From NCBI RefSeq assembly GCF_009914755.1, contig NC_060933.1: a DNA stretch of 64,000 nt; one strand, 5' to 3'. The position numbers were made by a program, and so were the translations under genes. This stretch comes from the human T2T-CHM13v2.0 reference genome, Homo sapiens. Shown piece by piece: positions 37,608 to 64,000 of this stretch. The notes below the pieces were generated by a model. The model was not told where the DNA came from, made no database searches, and was given only the letters and a program-made list of their open reading frames with translations. Each line of letters begins with the position of its first letter. Position 1 is the stretch's first letter.

Positions 37608-39704
37608 TCATCTTCAAAACAATAAACGGACCCTCCACCACCCACTTTCCAGCTGGGTCCACACCTCGCCCAAGTGCTCTGCAGGGAGGGTGTGGCCGGT
37701 GCTGTCTCTAACAGACAGAGTGTGGGGAGGTGACCCTCAGCCTAACCACCAATCGTCTGCTGTCGCCCCCCTCCCAGCACCAGGTCGAAGTCTGCACACT
37801 CACAAGACTGCTCCACCCACAACAGGCTCCCGGGGGATGAGGTGCCAAACACAAGAGTGTGTTCACAGGCGGTGTTCGTGACACGGCTGCTCTACAGGAA
37901 CTGCCAGCCTGGCACGCCATGGGCTCTGCCCTGTGTACCTGCCCGCCACCCTCAGAACAGTCCTCGCGATGTGGTTACCATTGGGCTTGACCCCTGTTCC
38001 TCGCTCAACACGGCTCCCATGCCTGCCACGGGCCCCCCAGCCCTCCCAAGCCTCCTCCTGAAGAAGTTAGTGGGAGGCTGACTGGAATAGCCCTCTCCAG
38101 TGTGCCCAGCCCAGGGCTGGGACTCTTAACCACAAGGCTCAGGGTGCCACCGCCTCACCCCATGTCTGGCCTGGTGTGTGTACCAGGGCCCTCCAGAGAG
38201 CGCTCCCGAGCCACTTGCAGCCCACAGGCCCTCGCTGCGCCTGGAAGGCAGGGTTCAGGCCGGGAGCCCCATGGTCTCCACCATTCAGACACAGCCTTTG
38301 CACCAAATGACTTGAAGTTTTACAGCTTAGTTTAAAAACCCGATTTGTAGCTAAAATAGTCACACATTTTTAAGTGGTGATCTCATTTCTTTTCTTTCCC
38401 TAACAGATAGGCCCACAGTTCTTATAAGGCTAATTTTGTCTGACTACTCCGTGGCTACCATTCCTTCCTGAAAAGCGCTGCCCCTTCCCTTGAGAACATG
38501 GTGGCACTCTTACAGCAAGGAGGCTTCCAGGCACAGACGCTCCACCAAGACCCGGGCCCAGGGCAGCATCTTCACCACGCACTGACTGTCCCGTGTGCCG
38601 GCCACTGGCACTCACCCAGCACCCACAGGGAAGATGGCCTGGCCTCTGCCCACTGGCCCACCGCTGCTCTCTGACCCGCACTGCAGAGCTCAGGGTGGTC
38701 GCACCCTCCCCTTCCCCTTCCACCGCCACCGCCACCACATCACCACATCCTGTGGGCCGCAGGGGACGCTGAGGTACATAACACAGGCTTCCTCTATTGA
38801 AGGAGCAAGGGCGGTGTCGCTGACCTCACCCCAACAGGAGGCTTCACCAGCATTTACCTACACCGCCTGGTGCAGCCAACACGATCTAAGAGCCAACCAC
38901 AGCCCACCAAGGAAAAGGCCCTGCTGTGCTGCCTGCGGGTGCGAATGGGTCCCCGCGTCCCCTCACCTGGCTGTGTGCCACCTGGGGGCTACACTGTCCA
39001 CCTCTGGCCCTTGAAGACTGTAATGGAAGAACGACAGCAAAAGTCATCCTCAAGGAAAATAAACACCAAATGCCCAGGCAACCAGCAGGTCTGCCTCCAG
39101 GACCGAGTCTGCAGCCAGCCAGCAGCCGGGAGTCTCTTCCCCAGGAATGACAACGCTTGTGCCCCACCAAGTTGACTTCCTGGGATGAGGAAACACTACC
39201 CACGCAACCACACGGCAACCTGCAAGCTGAACAAGAGTCCGACTTGGAGAAACATACACAGAAATAATGCCAATACCGGAACAGAAACCCGCGTGCCCAC
39301 CATACACCCAACACTCCGCCTTCCCAGCACCTCTAACGGGCCACAGGGACTGTCCAGCTGGCCCACTTGTACTGGTAGTTAAATGTCTACTAAAATAGGG
39401 CAAAAATATGTATCCATAAATATAATTTAGAAGCAAAATATTATGGGGGGAACTTTGGTGACAAATATTGGGAACCACTGATTTTAAAACCAGAACAAGC
39501 ACTTTGTCAAAAGTTTATTGAGATGGATGCTCGGGATCTGCTTTTCTCTAAGTATGTTCTACTTTAAATTTTAAAAGAATATGGATTGCATTATAATGAA
39601 AACAAAAATTTACCACCTGGCATAAAAGGAAATAAAAAAAGGTGTCCTGGAAAAAACGGAAATTAGAGAGATTTATCAGTTCAACTAAAAAAATCACTTT
39701 TTAA

Positions 39705-40013
<309 letters not shown>

Positions 40014-41605
40014 CTAAAAAACCCAAGACTTTAAATGCCCATCCCGAAGCGTCAGCACCCCACAGTGCACACTGACGCAGGCCCAGGGGCTGCACGGGGA
40101 AGACACAAAGCGAGCACCCACTGGGCTCCTCTGGGCCCAACTCCAACAGCCGGTGCCTCTGCCAGCACGCCTATCATACAGGAGTCTCCATCTAAACCAC
40201 CGTGTTATTAATCATTTCAACTATAAAGAGAACTTACTTTTCATGATAGCATGAAACTAGAAGGATGTGTATCATTCTTTCCACAATGAGAGAGAAAGGA
40301 CACGAGATCTCCTCCAACTGGGAGTAAGCAAGCCGGGTGCCATGTGGGCTTTTCTTGACCTTGCCCTGTGGCAGCAACATGGATCCCGCAAGCATCATCC
40401 CCGTGTGCCCCCGACAGCATGTCTCAAGCCCCGTTTGTGGCAAGCCACACTCAGAGCAGGATCCTCCTCCTCCTGAAGGCTGTCTGCACAGATGAAGCCA
40501 ACATGCTATGCACATCTGAATGGCAGGCCGCACCCTCAATCACAGGCTGCCAGAGCTAAAGTACCTTAGTTTGCAGTTCGAGAGCATCATTTACCAGATG
40601 AAAAAAGAGAGCTACTGAGAAGTGGCTCCAAGGCCAAGCTGGTTAGTTGCTGACCATCATCGCGATACTAGCGTAGAACTTCATTTGTATAGGAAATGTG
40701 GTTTAACACTTTTGAACCAGAAGCAACCCAAATTTTTCACTGCAAATAAATATTCTACCCTGAAACAAATCATTCAGCAATTCATTCACAAGTTTTGTGC
40801 CTGGGCTTGACTATGTGGAGTGGAGTCTGCTCATCTATTTCTTTGCCTTATCATGCATTCCCATCATATGTTGCTTTGGTAAAGTATTGCTACGTGAGAA
40901 ATAACTGGGGAAATTTAACTTGCTCTTTCTAAAGGAGAAAGAACAAAACCAGGCATCTGCAAACAGCTTGCAGGTGGAGATCACTCCTCTTCTAGATGGC
41001 GGACGGACGAGGGCACTGACTTCCACAGCTGAAATTTACTTTCCCAGTTCATAATCCTGGAAAACGGCACGAGGAGGAAGGAGAGGAACTTGCCATCTGT
41101 ACGGCGAGATGCCCCCGGGAGCCCAAGTTTCTTACAAGAGCAAGTTCTGCTCTCTGAACCCTCTAACAAACCCCACAGCCTGGGCCTTCAAATGTGATAA
41201 ACTGAAGCAAATGGAGACTGTGAATGACAGAATATCCTACATGGCTCTGCTGGTGACGTCCGAATCCCTTGGACTGCCCTTAAAAATACACCTCCACCTT
41301 CAAAGCCATAAAAAACTCTAGACAAACAGTAAGGCACCTACTCAAGCCCTGTAAGAAAAGGCAGGTGTGAAAGTCAGAGATGCAGTCCTGGGTGTGTCTG
41401 CTTCCCAGTAACACAGACAGACTTGACCAAAACAATGATGGAGAGATACAGCTACAGTCCTTTTCAAAAACATTCACAGAAAAGGTGAAACTCAACTCCT
41501 TTACAGATGCCCGTTCGCAATTCTCACAAGTCAAACCCCATTGCACAAAATAAATCACAATCAATTGTAAAACATTCTCCAAGTGATGAATTTTTAACAG
41601 AAAAT

Positions 41606-41611
41606 TTTATT
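41606..41611 (-). terminator. CAMSAP1 distal poly(A) signal AATAAA
   Basis: Plus-strand tttatt; U/GU-rich sequence downstream on the minus strand (41540-41575). Confidence 0.75.
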
Positions 41612-42701
41612 TCAATAAATATTTTGCCCTCCAAGTGACAACTACAATTTCAGGGAGGTAAAAGTATAACCTAGAAGTAATTTAGAATTATTCCACTTTT
41701 CAATTTTGCCTGAGTGAAGAATACAGTTTGGGCCTGAAGTCTGCTAAGAGACTGCACCGCAGTGACACGTGCAGAAAGTCAAAAGGACACATGGAAAGCA
41801 GTCCATCTTTGGTGCACGCACACAGCCATGTGCACGCACACGTGTGGGTAGAACGTATCTGCACATACATGCGTAAAATAATGGGACTCACGCAAGTTTC
41901 ATTTCTCTTTCAACCCTTCTGGGCTCCCAGAATTCTAGCATTACCAAGGATTTACACATAAACTTCATCATACATTGAATCATTTGGTTTACACTTTCTT
42001 TACAAAGTTATATCCTAAATGGGTAGAGCAGCTTGTCTTAAATAACAAGGTTAGAATTCTGAGACACAACGAAAGTTGTGCAAGCTTTCCGCTGAAAGAA
42101 ATTTGCAACGAGACACAAATACCACTGCAGGGGCTTTGAATATAGGAGACATTGATAAACAGAGTTATAAGTCAGTGTTATCAACTGCAAAATCATGACT
42201 TTACCACCACCCAAGCCAGAAAGGCCCAAAAGCACCACCACGAAAATTAATCCTGTGTCTGAAACTTTTCAAGACTAATTAAAAGGGTTGCTGTGTCCAA
42301 GCATGAAGAACGCAGGGACGCTTCTGTCAATCATTAGGCGAACACTGGCCTGGGGACTTGGGACATCAGGAATGTCCATGCCACATTAGTGCTTACTCGC
42401 AACGAACAGTGAAAACTACACGCTTAAGGACAAGTTTCAGGATGTTCCACACACTGACTCATTCCATGGAGAAAATCCAGAATTGATTCAGACGTCCCAT
42501 GGGAATGCAATTTTCCAGCTCTATGCCAGATATTTTCTAGCTCTTCATTAAAAAGAATCCAATTCCACTGACTTCGATAGGGCCATGGTAAAGAACAATG
42601 TGAAACTCCTATAAAGCAAGGAGTTGGTGTCGCCTGGTCAGCGAAATGAGCCACAGCAACCTCACACATACGATTCAATGTAAAGCAAATTAGTTCATCA
42701 C

Positions 42702-42707
42702 TTTATT
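42702..42707 (-). terminator. CAMSAP1 candidate intermediate poly(A) signal AATAAA
   Basis: Plus-strand tttatt; several UGUA motifs upstream in the transcript. Confidence 0.55.
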
Positions 42708-43544
42708 ACATCTTAGTGCTTTCTTAAAATAAATACAGTAATATCATATCAAACATACAGTGAGAAATAAAGCCCACGTGTGAAAGTATGGTAACAGAAA
42801 GCTCACTCAGGACTGTGTAACTCAGCACTTGAGAAATCATACAGCCTTTAGTTCCCTATTTACAGGACAGAGAGCGGCTGTGTCGAACACGATATATACA
42901 AAATCGCAAGAGACTGTACTTCTCTTCAAAGGACTGAGGAAAGGGGAATAAGACCTATAATTCCTTCTAGCCTTCTGTACCATGTTCCCTCCTTATGTAC
43001 ACGACTCACTCATGTTTTTTGTCTATCTAAAATTATGTAACAGTTAAATTTGTCTCTTTTTCTCCCAATTATTGATCTTTTGATTTTTTCTGCAGTTTGA
43101 GATAGATTCAAGTAACACTCCCAAGAAAATATGTGCAAAACTAATGTTAGTGGCTCCAGAATCTTCCGGCAGCTGGTCAGTTGCAGCAGTGTCTGGCAGC
43201 CATGGCTGGCACGCACCTGCTCCTGGGAATGTCCGCGCTCCACAGAAGCATCAACACCATTGGGACCAAGGCAGAAAGAACCCAAAGCCATCCACTTACT
43301 TGGAGTTCTGAAATAACTGCAAATAACCACTTAATTGTTTTTAAATAGGCAACAAAACAAAAGTATCCATCTACAGGGGAAACGGCACGCTCCTCTGAGA
43401 GCATGCAGCGCTTCCAGATGCAGAATCCAGACAGGACAAGCCGTGACCTAACAAAACCACTGAAGGGACTGTCAGCTTAAGTGCATCACCTTTTGGGACA
43501 AACATGCTCAGAATGAAAAATATTCTACTTTACCAAAATCTGTC

Positions 43545-43550
43545 TTTATT
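43545..43550 (-). terminator. CAMSAP1 candidate proximal poly(A) signal AATAAA
   Basis: Plus-strand tttatt; U-rich sequence downstream on the minus strand. Confidence 0.5.
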
Positions 43551-44408
43551 AAAGTGAACAAACCATTAGAGCACTACCCAAAACTTAATGAATGATGGCT
43601 GCAGTTGGCTCGGCTTGCCTACTTTAAATGAGGCAAACATCAGCTCCTAGTGCCATTCCCCACCCTCATGACCGCGTGCCAGAAGTCATCATCTTCACAT
43701 TTGTAGACGTTGTTCTAGCGGAAGACAGGCTTTGCAGATTTCGGTGCTTTTAGTGAACTGGTGTTTTCCGTAAACTTTTTCTGAGCAGCAAGGGATAAGA
43801 ATTTTTTTTCAGAAATCTTAGAATTGGATATAAATGTTGGCAGTAGACACAACCAATAAATATCATACAATTTCTCAAATGAAAAAGATTTCCCATTATG
43901 AATTCCTTTGCTATAGACATTCAAACACCCCAAGCCAAGATTGAGCCTCAGTCCCATAGTCACGAGATTACAGCTGGCCAATATGAGGGTGTCAGGCAAT
44001 GTGCAAGGGGGCGAGGTGAGAAGCAAGAAAGCAAAGTGGATCACGTCTAATCTATGCTGAAGGAGAACTTCAAGTAAGGGAGCTCCGTGGCCCGGGACCT
44101 GGCTGTGAACACCCTCCGCTGGGAGCCTCAGTGGTCAGCAGTGGCCACAGCAGTGCGAGCCACTGCAAAAGCGGCATCTACTCCCCCATCCTCACCCTGC
44201 CTGGCATCCTCTGCGTGAGATGAGCGCTGAGAGAGGGGTTTTCTTCTGCTGTCTAGAAACCTCTTTGCAAAAGGTCTGTGACTTTGCACACTTCGTACCC
44301 AAATAGATGAAAACAATAAATAAGGACCCCGTGGCACCCTCTGGATGCCAGCCACAAGGGCATCATTTACGAGTCTGGGTCACCCTTTGGACGCCAGCTG
44401 CACCGGGG

Positions 44409-60684
<16,276 letters not shown>

Positions 60685-61849
60685 CTGCAGAAATAGCGTT
60701 TTTGCATCGTTACTTACAACACTAACTGGAAGCACAGAAAACCTAACCTGCAGCTTTTATAAGCACTAACTCAACCTTTTATTGAAACCAAACTTCTGCC
60801 AAAAAAAACTGGTTTCAAGTTTAACAAATGTATTCTGTAATAACAAGTACTACAAATATTATACCGAAGTAAATACTAACATTAAAAGACACAACACAGA
60901 TGAGAAGAAGAACTGAGAGGAAATGTAAGCCCAGCTGATGGGCTCTGTCTTGGTCACCGTCTAGCACCCGCACAAAAGCCCTCCACTGGTGGGCTGCTTC
61001 CAAAACCACGTGCCACCTTCACCAAGCCTGGTCCTAGACAAGATGCCCACCACCCAGGCTCCTGGGAGAAGGCTTGGGGCTCAGCTCCAGAGAGCCACCT
61101 CGCTCAGCCCAGCCAGTGAGGGACCGAGGCAGGGTCAGAAGGGCGCTTCTCTAGACCCAGCATGTGGGCAGCTGCTCTGGTGGGTCCCTTCAGCTCCAGC
61201 CCCTGGGGGTCAGGTGAGGTGCTGAGCCTGGCTGGGGCGCCATTCCCTTTCTTGGCCCACGCCTGCTCACCCGCCTCTCTCCCAAAGGGTCAGCCCCAAA
61301 CAGTGACTCTGTATCTAAGGCTGCTTCCCAGAGAACTAACCTATGGGAGGTGGTGCCAGGAGCAGCTCAAGAAGGCAAGAGGTGGGGCCATATGGTGGGG
61401 ACCAGTGGGAGGGCACCCACTAGGTGATGTGTTGTGAACATGGAGGAGGGAAGTAAGGACGAGCGGGTGGCGGCTGCACTGAGCTCTGCAGACGGTCTAG
61501 GGAAAAGATAAAGAGGGCTAAGAGGCAGCAACATGTGACCAAAAGCCAAGGGCACCAAGCTGTGCTCTCCTACAGCCAGGGGCCAGGACCAGAAATGAAT
61601 GGCTGCCGGAGAAGCTAAACCCCCAACCCAAGAAGGCTGCAAGGCCAAGGTGAGGCCCTAGATGGGAAGGAAAGAGACTATGACTCATGGCATACAAACT
61701 TCTAGGCCTGGAGAACCTCAAATTCTCAGATTACCTGAAATTCTTTGAGCCTACAGAGGAGGGCTTCCCTCCCTGTTAAAGGCCAGTATCCCTGCTGGCC
61801 CCACGCTTAGATGATACAGATCTCTCTCTCAAGATGACATGTGCTCCCC

Positions 61850-64000
<2,151 letters not shown>

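Larger units (their letters stand above)
41590..44408 (-). other. CAMSAP1: CAMSAP1 3'UTR, about 2.8 kb, AU-rich and essentially repeat-free
   Basis: Follows the stop; minus-strand AATAAA at 43545-43550, 42702-42707 and 41606-41611. Confidence 0.85.

Noticed and set aside
60721-60770. ACTAAC (QKI/branch-point) motifs near a CAMSAP1 acceptor
   Set aside because: They lie on the + strand, antisense to the CAMSAP1 pre-mRNA

Overview
Human GC-rich subtelomeric DNA, recognised as chr9q34.3, holding the 3' parts of two convergent genes. On the + strand is KCNT1 (Slack/KNa1.1 Na+-activated K+ channel): 18 coding exons, about exons 14-31, including a 21-nt microexon, plus a 63-nt cassette exon. They encode the RCK1/RCK2 gating ring and a C-terminal ETQL PDZ motif; stop at 25259-25261, poly(A) signals at 26215 and 28576. 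On the - strand is CAMSAP1 (microtubule minus-end protein): the last 10 coding exons, including a 2422-nt exon, coiled coils and the CKK domain, with a GC-AG last intron, stop at 44409-44411 and an AU-rich 3'UTR ending near 41590. About 13 kb of repeat-rich intergenic DNA separates them (Alu, L1, L2, MLT1, a strong CTCF-like motif). I checked all exon boundaries by hand for splice dinucleotides and phase continuity; exon numbers are from memory of RefSeq models. Nearly all entries in the ORF track are artefacts of GC-rich or repeat DNA. I found no new protein-coding system. The best hypotheses are at the RNA level: a ~750-nt sense UG tract with flanking cryptic splice sites (candidate TDP-43 cryptic exon), minisatellites that multiply splice-site decoys, an inverted-Alu-flanked 492-nt exon block that would form a stop-free circRNA, an Alu-donated poly(A) signal, a duplicated CAMSAP1 stop region, and a Pumilio-element cluster gated by alternative polyadenylation.
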